64,000 nucleotides of DNA from Cenarchaeum sp. (GCA_963692915.1 OY843584.1:1408001-1472000), one strand, 5' to 3'. Shown: positions 17,485 to 29,021, counted from the stretch's first letter. Numbers and translations: made by a program. Notes: a model not told the origin generated them from the letters alone.

Positions 17485-18381
17485 ATGAACGCCACGTATG
17501 CGCTCCTAGGCGCCGCCGTCGCCCTCGCGCTGGCCTCGTGCTCTGGCGCCTCGGCTGCCCCGTCCGGCCCGATCTCCCTTGACGCCTCGGGGTATGCGGC
17601 CATAGACGGTGCCATTAGGGCAGTCTCGATGGACCTGGCGCTCTCGGCGCGTGATGACGGAACACTCTCGTCGGTGCGCGGGACGATCATGGTGGGCGAT
17701 GACGTGCTGAGCAGGCTGGATATCGACGGCTCATTCCTGCGCGAGGCTAGGTTCCTGCGCGTGTCAGGAACGGCCGAGGGGCAGGGAGACGCCGTTATGC
17801 TAAAGATGCTAGGCAGGCTCGCCGAAGAGCGGGGCAGGGACTCGGCATACCTCTTTACGGGAACGCTAGAGCGCAACGGCGCGGTGGGCAAGGCCGTCCT
17901 TGCCGCATCGCTCTCACAGCTTGCCGAGGCGGCCACGGGAATGACCGCGACGGCTGCGTCGGTGACCATACTGCCCAGTGCGCGCGTGCCCGGCGCGCCG
18001 CCGGGGAGCCTTGACGTCTCTACGGTACAGGCCACGCCGGGTCAGGTGCTGACCATATCCAACACGAGTGCCACAAAGCACCGGCTTGTGAGCGGCACGA
18101 TAAACGACTGGTTTTACGAGCGCGACGGCGATCCGCGCACATGCGCGCCAGACGGGACGCCAGACGTGGAAGTCGAGCGCGAGAACCGCAACCACACGTC
18201 TGCGGACGTTGTTACGAGCGACAGGTGCGACTTTACGCGCGACGGGCGCGTGGACGTGGAGATCGAGCCAGGCGAGTCGGCCAGCATACAGGTACAAGAC
18301 ACGGGAATATACCGCATGCTCGATCTGGACTCGCCGTGGATTCAGCTGACCGCCGTCTCAGTCGCCTTGCCACCGCGCTGA
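17485..18381 (+). CDS. Secreted protein with C-terminal cupredoxin-like domain
   Basis: Signal peptide; VQATPGQVLTISN...HRLVSG and IEPGESASI..DTGIY...PWI pattern. Confidence 0.65.
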   Translation: MNATYALLGAAVALALASCSGASAAPSGPISLDASGYAAIDGAIRAVSMDLALSARDDGTLSSVRGTIMVGDDVLSRLDIDGSFLREARFLRVSGTAEGQGDAVMLKMLGRLAEERGRDSAYLFTGTLERNGAVGKAVLAASLSQLAEAATGMTATAASVTILPSARVPGAPPGSLDVSTVQATPGQVLTISNTSATKHRLVSGTINDWFYERDGDPRTCAPDGTPDVEVERENRNHTSADVVTSDRCDFTRDGRVDVEIEPGESASIQVQDTGIYRMLDLDSPWIQLTAVSVALPPR

Positions 18382-19580
18382 TCGTCCCACTGCCAGCGGT
18401 AGTTCATGTAAGAGTCGTCCTCATGGTCGCCGAACACCATGACTAGGTGCCCGGAGAACTCCTTGCCGAGGAGATCCTCGACATTGCCGTCAAAGGAGCG
18501 CTCGCTGGACAGCGTGAGGTTCTCGTACACGCGCACGCGTATGGACGCCGTGGGCAGGCCGCCCTCGCGCAGGTAGCGCGCCGCGTCAGCAGGCATGAAC
18601 TCGAGGTCGGGCCGCCTGGGCCACGGGCGCGGAACGAGCACGACGCACTCGCCGTCGATGAGGGCCTTTTTGAGCTCGACCTTTTTGCGCTCTATGGAGG
18701 ACGTCACGTGCATCGAGATGATGCGGCAGCGATCGAGGGGAACGCGCGCGCGCGCGGCGGCGACCTGGATTGCGCTGATGCCCGGCACGACGGTGACCCC
18801 GCCAAAGACCTCGGCGAGCCGGTCGACGACTTCAGACTCTGAAAAGCTTGCATCGCCGGTGAAAAGGACACCGACGCTCCTCGCCGTACCGCCGGCGACC
18901 TCGCCGTACACGTCCTCCTGGTTCCCCATGGTCACCTCGCGCACGTCCTTTTTGCCAAGGAGCGACTCTGCTGTGCGCAACGCGCCTGAATACCCCACAA
19001 TGACATCGCACGCGGCGATCGCCTCGGCGGCCGCCCGCGTCATCATCTCGGGCGCACCCGGCCCGACGCCTATTGCATATGCGGCAATGCGCGCAGGCTC
19101 GCCGGAGCGTTCCCTGACAAAGGCGACGAGGGGTTCCCAGTCAACCCGCATGTACTTTGAGGGGTCCTTTGCGGGATACTTTACCCAGTCAAGAACGACG
19201 GAGAACCGGCGCTTCTCGGTCTTGCCGCCGCGCCTGTAGGCGAGGCGCAGCACGCTGCCCCAGGCCTTCTCCTCCCAGTCCGCACTGAGCACGTCGCGAA
19301 GCGGAATCTCGTCGTTCTTTTCGTTCTCTAGGTCACGCGCGAGCTCGGCCTCGTCGTACCCGTCATGCCTGATCATCACGTCAGGCGACTTTAGCAGCGA
19401 GACGGCCTGCCTCTGCACGACGGCCTGCCACCACCTCATCTTTGCCTCCGTCTTGTGGACAAACATGATGTGCTTGTCAGTCAGGATCAGCATGCCCTCA
19501 CGGCCGCCAACGGCTATCCGCCTGTCGGCCTCGCGCCAGATCGAGACAACGTGCGCGCGTATCTGCTCACCCTCCTCCAT
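18342..19580 (-). CDS. cbiE: Fusion: N-terminal hypothetical (PH-like) domain + CbiE-type precorrin methyltransferase
   Basis: C-terminal IGVGPG, DVIVGY, TGDASFSE, VVPGISAIQVAAA, YENLT; preceded in frame by ~160 aa starting MEEGEQ. Confidence 0.8.
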   Translation of the reverse strand: MEEGEQIRAHVVSIWREADRRIAVGGREGMLILTDKHIMFVHKTEAKMRWWQAVVQRQAVSLLKSPDVMIRHDGYDEAELARDLENEKNDEIPLRDVLSADWEEKAWGSVLRLAYRRGGKTEKRRFSVVLDWVKYPAKDPSKYMRVDWEPLVAFVRERSGEPARIAAYAIGVGPGAPEMMTRAAAEAIAACDVIVGYSGALRTAESLLGKKDVREVTMGNQEDVYGEVAGGTARSVGVLFTGDASFSESEVVDRLAEVFGGVTVVPGISAIQVAAARARVPLDRCRIISMHVTSSIERKKVELKKALIDGECVVLVPRPWPRRPDLEFMPADAARYLREGGLPTASIRVRVYENLTLSSERSFDGNVEDLLGKEFSGHLVMVFGDHEDDSYMNYRWQWDDQRGGKATETAVS

Positions 19581-19707
19581 GTGGGCTCGCCGGCTGACCC
19601 GTGGCGTTAAAAACCATATAGCAGGTTCTGCGCCCCGGCAGCACCGCCGCACAACGGGGCCCGATCCGTGCGATTGGCTTTTATTCAAGCGCAACGGGGC
19701 GGCACGC

Positions 19708-21543
19708 GTGCGTGCCACGGCCGTGATCCTGATCGCAGCGCTCATTGTGGGTGCTGGCGCCCCGGCAGCCTATGCGCAGGGCGACGGGATGGCCATCGAC
19801 GTCGAGCCGGCGATGGGCGGCGAGATGGCCGTGGAGGTTGAGCCGGCGATGGGCGGCGAGATGGCCGTGGAGGTTGAGCCGGCGATGGGCGGCGAGATGG
19901 CCGTGGAGGTTGAGCCGGCGATGGGCGGCGAGATGGCCGTGGAGGTTGAGCCGGCGATGGGCGGCGAGATGGCCGTGGAGGTTGAGCCGGCGATGGGCGG
20001 CGAGATGGCAATGGACGACGAGAACCTTGTGGTCATCGAGACTGTGGCCGGCACGTTCACGATCGAGCTATTTGACGAGGACGCGCCAAACCACGCCGCA
20101 AACTTTAGGGCACTTGCGGACTCGGGCTATTACAACGGAACGCTCTTTCACAGGATCATTCCAGGATTTATGATCCAGGGCGGAGACGACAACACGATAG
20201 ACGGTGACTCGTCGACGTGGGGCCAGGGCGGGGCGGCCTTTGGGCCCGAAGAGTCGGTGGCAGCCGAGTTTAACGACATTCGACACATGCGCGGAATCGT
20301 CTCCATGGCGCGCTCTGCGAGCCCTGATAGCGCCGGCTCGCAGTTCTTTATAGTGCATGACCAGGCGACGTTCCTTGATGGCCAGTACACCGCATTTGGG
20401 AGGGTTGTGACCGCAGACAGCCTAGACGCGCTAGACGCGATCGCCGCCCTAGAGACGGCCTCGTCTGACCAGCCGGTAAACCCCGAGGACGCAAGGGTGC
20501 TCGGCGCGTACACGATCATGCGCTCAGAGGCCGACGAGCTGCTCGAGCTGGGGGCGCCGGAGCGACTAGCCGAGGACGCGGAAAGCGAGGACATGACAGC
20601 CGAGGAGCCCTCGCTTATAGATCCCATAACGCTTGAGGACGGCGTATACACCAACAAAAAGCTCGGCGTGTCCTTTGAGCCGCCAGAGGGCTGGAACGTC
20701 ACAGAGCTCCCGACTCCAAAGCAGAGCCCCAATGTCCCGGACATTGTGGTGGTCGGGCCCGCAGACGACAACCTGCCGCCCGTCATATCAGTGGACATAC
20801 AGTATATGGGAGACAGGACGCTTGATGCGTACATTGAGACGCGCAACGAGTCGCGCGCCGCGGCGATCGAGTCCGGCGAACTCGTCCTTGATGACCCCGA
20901 GGAGATCGAGCTTAACGGGCGCATGGCGATGAGCCAGGACGCGACGGGGACGTTTGTCACCAACGACGGCGAGGAGCAAGTCGCCTTTAGGGAGGTCATA
21001 TTTGAGTCAGGCGACAAGTTCTATGGGCTCACCTACATGAGCACGAGCGCGGGCTATGATGCCGGCCTTGGCCTGTTCGAGGAGACGCTTGAAACGTTCA
21101 TGACGTCCTCTGAGATGCCTACTGATGCCGAGGCCGAGGCTGATGCCGACGCCGAGGAGATGACATCAGAGCCAGAGGGCGGCGGGTGCCTCATTGCGAC
21201 TGCCGCATACGGCACGGAGATGGCCCACGAGGTCCAGATCCTGCGCGAGACGCGCGACTCTGTCCTCGGTACTGCGACAGGCTCGGCGTTCATGTCGGCC
21301 TTTAACGGCGTATACTATGCGTTCTCGCCGACGGTGGCTGACTGGGAGCACGAGAGCCCCGAGTTTCGCGCCTTCGTGAGGGTCCTCATCACGCCGATGG
21401 TCGCCTCGCTGTCGATAATGTCAGCCGCCGGCGATGACGCCTCGGACATCGGCGTCGCCTCGCTAGGAGCCCTCGTTATCGCGCTCAACGTCGGCATGTA
21501 CGTCGCCGCACCGGCGGCCATAGCCTGGCGCCTCAGACGCTAG
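19708..21543 (+). CDS. Exported cyclophilin-type PPIase with N-terminal repeats, PsbP-like domain and CFI-box-CTERM anchor
   Basis: Signal peptide; FHRIIPGFMIQGG, SMAR, SAGSQFFI, LDGQYTAFG; C-terminal GGGCLIATAAYG...LRETRD plus TM helix. Confidence 0.88.
   Translation: MRATAVILIAALIVGAGAPAAYAQGDGMAIDVEPAMGGEMAVEVEPAMGGEMAVEVEPAMGGEMAVEVEPAMGGEMAVEVEPAMGGEMAVEVEPAMGGEMAMDDENLVVIETVAGTFTIELFDEDAPNHAANFRALADSGYYNGTLFHRIIPGFMIQGGDDNTIDGDSSTWGQGGAAFGPEESVAAEFNDIRHMRGIVSMARSASPDSAGSQFFIVHDQATFLDGQYTAFGRVVTADSLDALDAIAALETASSDQPVNPEDARVLGAYTIMRSEADELLELGAPERLAEDAESEDMTAEEPSLIDPITLEDGVYTNKKLGVSFEPPEGWNVTELPTPKQSPNVPDIVVVGPADDNLPPVISVDIQYMGDRTLDAYIETRNESRAAAIESGELVLDDPEEIELNGRMAMSQDATGTFVTNDGEEQVAFREVIFESGDKFYGLTYMSTSAGYDAGLGLFEETLETFMTSSEMPTDAEAEADADAEEMTSEPEGGGCLIATAAYGTEMAHEVQILRETRDSVLGTATGSAFMSAFNGVYYAFSPTVADWEHESPEFRAFVRVLITPMVASLSIMSAAGDDASDIGVASLGALVIALNVGMYVAAPAAIAWRLRR
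19801..20016 (+). repeat. 36-bp tandem repeat x6 encoding VEPAMGGEMAVE
   Basis: Unit gttgagccggcgatgggcggcgagatggccgtggag; four exact internal copies, first and last slightly varied. Confidence 0.97.
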
Positions 21544-21554
21544 GACGAGCGCCC

Positions 21555-22088
21555 ATGCGCTCGCCGCACATCATCGCGCCGGCCATCGCCTTTGCGGTTC
21601 TCATCGTGACTGTGAGCTGGGGCTGGCTTGCCGAGGACGTGCGCCCCCCGTGCGCCGGAAGCGACGAGGCGTCGATGTGTTGGCAGGGCCGCATTACGCG
21701 CATAGTGGACGGTGACACGCTAGACGTTGACGGCGCACGCATAAGGCTCGTGCTAGTCGACGCGCCGGAGCTTGGCGAGGCGGGTTACGACGAGGCGACT
21801 GCAAGACTCGCCGAGCTGTGCCCAGTCGGCGCGCGCGCCGCAGTCGACGTCGATGATGCGCAGCCAGATGGCAGCCATGGACGCGCCATTGCGACAGTCG
21901 CCTGCGAGGCCAACGGCGCCGCCGTCATCGCCAACGCTGAAATGATAGACGGGGGGCACGCCGGCATTTATGCACGATTTTGCGACATCTCCGAGTTTGC
22001 CACCGGCACAGAGGCGGGGTCAGGCTGGGCGCACGAGGCGTGCTCGCCACTTCCCCCGACCCTACAGCCTCTCTTGCCCCTGTCCTGA
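21555..22088 (+). CDS. Thermonuclease (SNase-like) family protein, membrane-anchored or exported
   Basis: RIVDGDTL, IRLVLVDAPE, HGRAIA, NAEMI..GHA. Confidence 0.85.
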   Translation: MRSPHIIAPAIAFAVLIVTVSWGWLAEDVRPPCAGSDEASMCWQGRITRIVDGDTLDVDGARIRLVLVDAPELGEAGYDEATARLAELCPVGARAAVDVDDAQPDGSHGRAIATVACEANGAAVIANAEMIDGGHAGIYARFCDISEFATGTEAGSGWAHEACSPLPPTLQPLLPLS

Positions 22089-22727
22089 TGAGCGCATGAT
22101 ATCATATGCACGCGCCGCATCGCGCTCGTTGAGTATCACCATGACAGCATCATGGCCAAAGAACGCGTTGACGAGCTCAATGCCCTCGTTATGGAGAATC
22201 TCTGTAACATAGGAGACTATATCCGAGTGCGTGTGCTCCCTTGGCACGGTGATCGTTATCTTTGCGAGCTGGCGGCTCAGGCGCCCCCCGTCGCCGCCTC
22301 CGCCCAAAAGGTCACGCGCCGCCTCCGCATCCTCCGTTATCACGCTAAACGTGTCGGCGAGCCTAAAGTACTCATAGTCGTCGGTGATCTCGGCTAGCTT
22401 GCTGAGAACCGAAAACGGATCCCTGTGAAAGTCGCGCATCGAAAAGCTCACTCCTAGCATGCCGTCAGTCAGCGAGAGGCGCGCCCCTCTGAGGGCGTCG
22501 TTCTCCTCCTCCCCCTCACTCTCAAACGAGTCGGCATAGCGCTTTATGGCCACGACGACCGTGTTGATGTTGGCCGGCGTGCCGGTGAGCCTCTCGACGC
22601 CCGGCCGTATGCGGGCGGCCAGGGCAGTATAGTTGGCGATTCCCAGCTTGACACAGTCATACAGCGAGCGATTGTGCGTGATTACCTCCCTGACAGCGTC
22701 ATGTACCGAGACTCCGGGCGCCTTCAT
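22062..22727 (-). CDS. ACT-domain regulatory protein
   Basis: IANYTALAARI, VVVAIKRY N-domain and C-terminal ACT-like fold. Confidence 0.75.
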   Translation of the reverse strand: MKAPGVSVHDAVREVITHNRSLYDCVKLGIANYTALAARIRPGVERLTGTPANINTVVVAIKRYADSFESEGEEENDALRGARLSLTDGMLGVSFSMRDFHRDPFSVLSKLAEITDDYEYFRLADTFSVITEDAEAARDLLGGGGDGGRLSRQLAKITITVPREHTHSDIVSYVTEILHNEGIELVNAFFGHDAVMVILNERDAARAYDIMRSSGQGQERL

Positions 22728-22800
22728 GGAGGCAATAATGACCTATCTCCTTTATTAGTCTATCACAACAAGGCCATGCAAACGGCGATTATTTTATATT

Positions 22801-22818
22801 ATGTCATACATATGACAT
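22801..22818. promoter_or_regulatory. Palindromic operator candidate between TATA box and hsp20 start
   Basis: atgtcata-ca-tatgacat, perfect 8-bp arms, directly after ttttatatt. Confidence 0.65.
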
Positions 22819-22824
22819 CAAGTA

Positions 22825-23298
22825 ATGAAAAGCGAGATGGAGCGCCTCTTTGAGAGCCTCTTCGGGCCCACTATGGGCACGGGGTTCCAGGGAGGCCACG
22901 AGGCCTGCTCGCCCGGCTCGGTCTGCTATGGGTACACCATGGCAGTCGGTCCGGATGGCAGGCCGGTCATCAAGGAGTTCGGCAGCGAAGGCGCGACCCC
23001 CGAGAACGGTGCACGTGAGCCCCTAGTGGACACGATCACCAACGAAAAGGAGGGAACCGCCAAGCTCGTAGCCGAGATGCCTGGGGTGGAGCGCAGCGAC
23101 ATTGGCGTGTCTGTGGATGACAGGCGCGTCAGTATCGAGGCAGAGCACGGCGACAAAAGGTACAGCGTCGCCGTCCCCCTCAAGCGCAAGGTCGTAAAGG
23201 ACTCCGCGAAGGCAACATACAAGAACGGCATACTGGAAGTAACCTTCCGGCTAGCAGAGGGTGAGAAGCCCCGCGGCCGAAAGGTGGAGGTCCAGTAG
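22825..23298 (+). CDS. hsp20: Small heat shock protein
   Basis: YGYTMAVGPDGRP, REPLVD, AEMPGV, ATYKNGILEV. Confidence 0.93.
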   Translation: MKSEMERLFESLFGPTMGTGFQGGHEACSPGSVCYGYTMAVGPDGRPVIKEFGSEGATPENGAREPLVDTITNEKEGTAKLVAEMPGVERSDIGVSVDDRRVSIEAEHGDKRYSVAVPLKRKVVKDSAKATYKNGILEVTFRLAEGEKPRGRKVEVQ

Positions 23299-23300
23299 CC

Positions 23301-23312
23301 CTTCTTTTTTTT
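23301..23312 (+). terminator. Oligo-T tract after hsp20 (possible partial terminator)
   Basis: cttctttttttt just after the stop codon. Confidence 0.5.
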
Positions 23313-23323
23313 ATGGTGAGTGA

Positions 23324-25480
<2,157 letters not shown>

Positions 25481-25507
25481 ATCACGCGCGCCGCGCCGCG
25501 CCGACCG

Positions 25508-26614
25508 GTGGCTCGGAGCAACTATGACATACTCGGCCTCGAGGAGGGCGCTGACGAGAGGGAGGTTCAGCGCGCATTTCGCCGCCTCGCGCTGCGCTAC
25601 CACTCTGATCGCGGGGGCGATGAGGAGCGCTTTAAGGAGATAAAGCGCGCGTATGACGACCTTCGCGCAGGCCACGCGCGCCAGACGATCCCACCGGGGG
25701 CGGGCGTGGATGACAGCATCGAGTCGGCCAGGCGAAACACGGCCCTTGCGCGCGAGGTCACAAGAGAGATGCGCGAGGCCGAATCGTGGGCAGCAACGCT
25801 TGTCGCCTCGGCTGCCACGGGCACGCGCCTCTTTGGCTCAAAGTCCCTCGGCGAGGTCGAGCTTGAGCGCAGGGCAAACGGCGTCCTCTCGATAAAGGGC
25901 AACGTCATGGCCGGAACGATGCGCTACGCCGGCCCGATAACGGTGAGCGGGGCGATCACGAGCCCAACGCACGGTGCCGAGCCCACTGCGATAACTGCGA
26001 CTGTGGGGAACTTTATGATCCCCGGTGCTGTCGCCAACCGCTACAGGATTGAGAACGGCGCCATGATCACCGCCGAGAACGGCAACATTGCGGCAGGCAA
26101 CGTCTTTGGAAAAAAACGGCGCATCGGAGACGCCGAGGGCAGAGTCGGCGTCTATAGCGTGACAGAGTACAGGACAAGGCTCTTGGCCCCCAACGGGACG
26201 ATAACGGCCAACAATGCGTCAGGAACCGTCGAGCTTCGCGCACTGCGCGTGGAGGCCAACAACCTCCAGGACGACGTGATCGTCTCGGCGCGCGACATTG
26301 TCGTCCGGGGCAACTCGGTCACGCATGACGTCACGTTTCACGTTGGCGAGGGCGGCACGCTGCGATTTATGGAGGCCGGCTCGATACTTGGCCTGAGTGA
26401 TGACGCGACTGTCTCACTGGGTGATGGCCGCTCGCTGAGCCTGCGCGAGCTAAAGGTCAAAAAGATACGCGATATCGACGGCGCGAGACGGGATGCGGGG
26501 GAGGCGACACTGGTCGGCGCGGGTCACGTCATCACGCGCGCGACGCTCGAGGCCCTCGTCGGCGGCGAGTCGCTCGGATCACGCCTGCGGGGCCTGACGC
26601 GCAGGCGCCGCTAG
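25508..26614 (+). CDS. J-domain protein with beta-rich C-terminal region
   Basis: NYDILGL, AFRRLALRYHSDRGGDEERFKEIKRAY. Confidence 0.8.
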   Translation: MARSNYDILGLEEGADEREVQRAFRRLALRYHSDRGGDEERFKEIKRAYDDLRAGHARQTIPPGAGVDDSIESARRNTALAREVTREMREAESWAATLVASAATGTRLFGSKSLGEVELERRANGVLSIKGNVMAGTMRYAGPITVSGAITSPTHGAEPTAITATVGNFMIPGAVANRYRIENGAMITAENGNIAAGNVFGKKRRIGDAEGRVGVYSVTEYRTRLLAPNGTITANNASGTVELRALRVEANNLQDDVIVSARDIVVRGNSVTHDVTFHVGEGGTLRFMEAGSILGLSDDATVSLGDGRSLSLRELKVKKIRDIDGARRDAGEATLVGAGHVITRATLEALVGGESLGSRLRGLTRRRR

Positions 26615-26643
26615 ACGCAGATAAATGAAAAAAGCCTTTCGGC

Positions 26644-26943
26644 TTATTGTATGAGCTCGTCCCAGCCTTTCACAAAGACGGAGTTCTTGTAGAGAGGCAC
26701 TGGCTGGCCGACGGTGAAGTCCATCGGACGCATCCAGAAGATGGCCTTCGTCGGGCACACGCCTATGCATGCGCCATCCGAAATGCATCTCTCAGGATAG
26801 AAGACGAACGCTTTGCCCCTCTTCCACCCCTCTACTGGTTTTACACGCAGGACATCAGGTCCGAGCGTTGTGCATATTTCCACGCATAGAGCGCATCCAA
26901 TACACATCTGCTCGCTGATATCCGGCAGGATTGCCACTGGCAT
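26644..26943 (-). CDS. 4Fe-4S dicluster ferredoxin
   Basis: CIGCALCVEIC and CISDGACIGVCP. Confidence 0.92.
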   Translation of the reverse strand: MPVAILPDISEQMCIGCALCVEICTTLGPDVLRVKPVEGWKRGKAFVFYPERCISDGACIGVCPTKAIFWMRPMDFTVGQPVPLYKNSVFVKGWDELIQ

Positions 26944-27015
26944 TACGATGCCAGCGCGCGGCGTAGTTAATATAACTTGCCCATATTCCCCAAATTATAA
27001 CGACGTTAGCGCGGC

Positions 27016-27585
27016 TCATAACACCGTTTGAGGCCTGCCTGCCATCCCGCCCTCGAGGACCTCAGGATGCGCCTCGCCGTCGGCCCCCGCATGAACCCAG
27101 ACCCACGTCGCATCGGCCCCCAGGGCCGTGACGCGCCTGCCCATGGGCACGAGTGCCCAGCCCGCCGAGTCTGGCCTGGCCATGCACGCCACGACGAGCG
27201 ACGCGCCAGACCGCCTAGCCATCGAAGCGAGCATCATGAGCGACGAGTTGACGGCCATCGTCTCGTGCGCGGCGCACGCGCGGTGCATGCCGTTTAGCGA
27301 GTCGATTACGACGAGGCACGAGCCGCGCGAGGCACGCGAGATTGCAGTGGCCATCGTCTCCCTGACGCGGCCTGCGGGGCAGACTGCCTCAACGCGCCGT
27401 GCACGCCCGAGTATGCCGGAGGCGACGTGGCCAGAGTACATTAGGTCAAAGTCAACATACAGGACATCGCGCCCCGCCTCGCCCACCGTTGCGCCGAGGA
27501 TCGCCGCCTTTGCGAGGGGCTCGTCATACATGAGAACGGCGACCTCGCCGGCCCGAACGGCGATGCCTCCACGGTTTTTATCCAT
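27016..27585 (-). CDS. RecA/RadB-fold-like hypothetical protein lacking Walker A
   Basis: VLYVDFD and LVVIDSLNG motifs; start uncertain. Confidence 0.6.
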   Translation of the reverse strand: MDKNRGGIAVRAGEVAVLMYDEPLAKAAILGATVGEAGRDVLYVDFDLMYSGHVASGILGRARRVEAVCPAGRVRETMATAISRASRGSCLVVIDSLNGMHRACAAHETMAVNSSLMMLASMARRSGASLVVACMARPDSAGWALVPMGRRVTALGADATWVWVHAGADGEAHPEVLEGGMAGRPQTVL

Positions 27586-27614
27586 GCGCCACGCGCGCGC
27601 GGGCCGGCATAATA

Positions 27615-28763
27615 ATGGAGACCCCACAATCCCCAAGGGACGGCTTTGCGCACGGCGGGCGCGCATACCTCAACAACGCCTCCGTCTCGCTCCAGCCCCT
27701 AGAGTCCATACGCGCAATGGCCGACTTTGCCACACAGTACTCCTCGATGGGTCCGGACTCGCTGGCCTCGGAGCCCTTTGTCAAGGAGACGCTTCGCTCG
27801 GCGCGCGAGTCGATCGCCACAGTCATCGCCTGCGAGCGCGACGAGGTCGTCCTGACGCAGAGCACTACTGATGGCATCAACATGGTCGCCGGCGGGCTAG
27901 ACTTTGGGCCGGACTCGAACATTGTCATACGCGGCGGCGCGCACGAGCACCACTCCAACTATTACGCGTGGCTGCGCCTCGCGCCGCGAGTCGAGGTTCG
28001 CAGCGCGCCAATCGACGAGCATGGCAGGCTTGAGGACGGCGCGCTTGACTCGCTAGTGGACTCGAACACGGCCCTCGTCGCGCTAAGCCATGCGCTCTAC
28101 AACACTGGTGCGATCCTGCCGATCGAGGAGATCGGCTCGGAGCTGCGCTCGCGCGGAATCCCGTTCCTAGTTGATGCCGCGCAGACTGTCGGATGCATCG
28201 GCGAGCTTGACGTGCACAAAATGTCATGCGACTTTATGTCCTTTAACGGCTCAAAATGGCTCTGCGGCCCGATGGGCACGGGCGTCTTTTACTGTCGGCG
28301 CGGCTCGGAGGATCTCCTCACGCCGCTCGCCGTTGGCGGCGAGTCGGCGATGGTCCACGAGGGCACGATCGTGAACCGCGCGTCGCCGGACAGGTTCCAG
28401 GCGGGGTTTCGCAACTATGCCGGAGTCGCCGGAATGGATGCGGCCGTGCGCCACCTCGCCTCCCACGGCCTCGCGCACATTCACGACACGGCATCCTCGC
28501 TTGCGACACGCCTGCGCGAGGCCATACGCGAGATCCCCGGCGCGACAGTCTATGGGCCGCCTGAGGCCGATGAGCGCACAAGCATAGTGCCCTTTACGCT
28601 TGACGCGCATGATCCCAAAGACATTGTGCGGCGCCTCGAGTCGCGCGGAATGATCCTGGCGGTTCGGGAGATTCTAGACAAGCGCGTTGTGCGCGCATCG
28701 CCGCACTATTTCAACACCAATGAAGAGATCGACGCGCTCGTCGATGCACTAGCAACGCTATGA
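27615..28763 (+). CDS. Class V aminotransferase / cysteine desulfurase-like protein
   Basis: YLNNAS, STTDGIN, EHHSN, VDAAQTVG, GSKWLCGPMGTG, RASPHYFN. Confidence 0.88.
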   Translation: METPQSPRDGFAHGGRAYLNNASVSLQPLESIRAMADFATQYSSMGPDSLASEPFVKETLRSARESIATVIACERDEVVLTQSTTDGINMVAGGLDFGPDSNIVIRGGAHEHHSNYYAWLRLAPRVEVRSAPIDEHGRLEDGALDSLVDSNTALVALSHALYNTGAILPIEEIGSELRSRGIPFLVDAAQTVGCIGELDVHKMSCDFMSFNGSKWLCGPMGTGVFYCRRGSEDLLTPLAVGGESAMVHEGTIVNRASPDRFQAGFRNYAGVAGMDAAVRHLASHGLAHIHDTASSLATRLREAIREIPGATVYGPPEADERTSIVPFTLDAHDPKDIVRRLESRGMILAVREILDKRVVRASPHYFNTNEEIDALVDALATL

Positions 28764-29021
28764 CTAGGAGCCCTGCTCCTCTATTACCATCATCGTGAGC
28801 GTCGACTGAACCCTGTTTATGCGCCTCACCTTGTTGGTGATTATGGATCGCAGGCGAGCCGCGTCATCCGAGGAGAGGCGCAGGACGATGTCATACACGC
28901 CATAGACCCCCTGCATCTCGTACTCTATTCCCTCCTCGCCACCAAGACCCTCCTTGAGGGCCGCGATTATCGACTCATCAGAGCCGTGCTCCGAGTTGAT
29001 CAGCACAAAGGACACTGGCAT
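28764..29021 (-). CDS. Lrp/AsnC ligand-binding (RAM) domain protein
   Basis: SFVLINSE, GVYGVYDIV, VRRINRVQSTLTMMV. Confidence 0.85.
   Translation of the reverse strand: MPVSFVLINSEHGSDESIIAALKEGLGGEEGIEYEMQGVYGVYDIVLRLSSDDAARLRSIITNKVRRINRVQSTLTMMVIEEQGS

Noticed and set aside
19801-20016. 36-bp repeats as a CRISPR array
   Set aside because: Units are head-to-tail with no unique spacers, in frame within a CDS, and no cas genes are present
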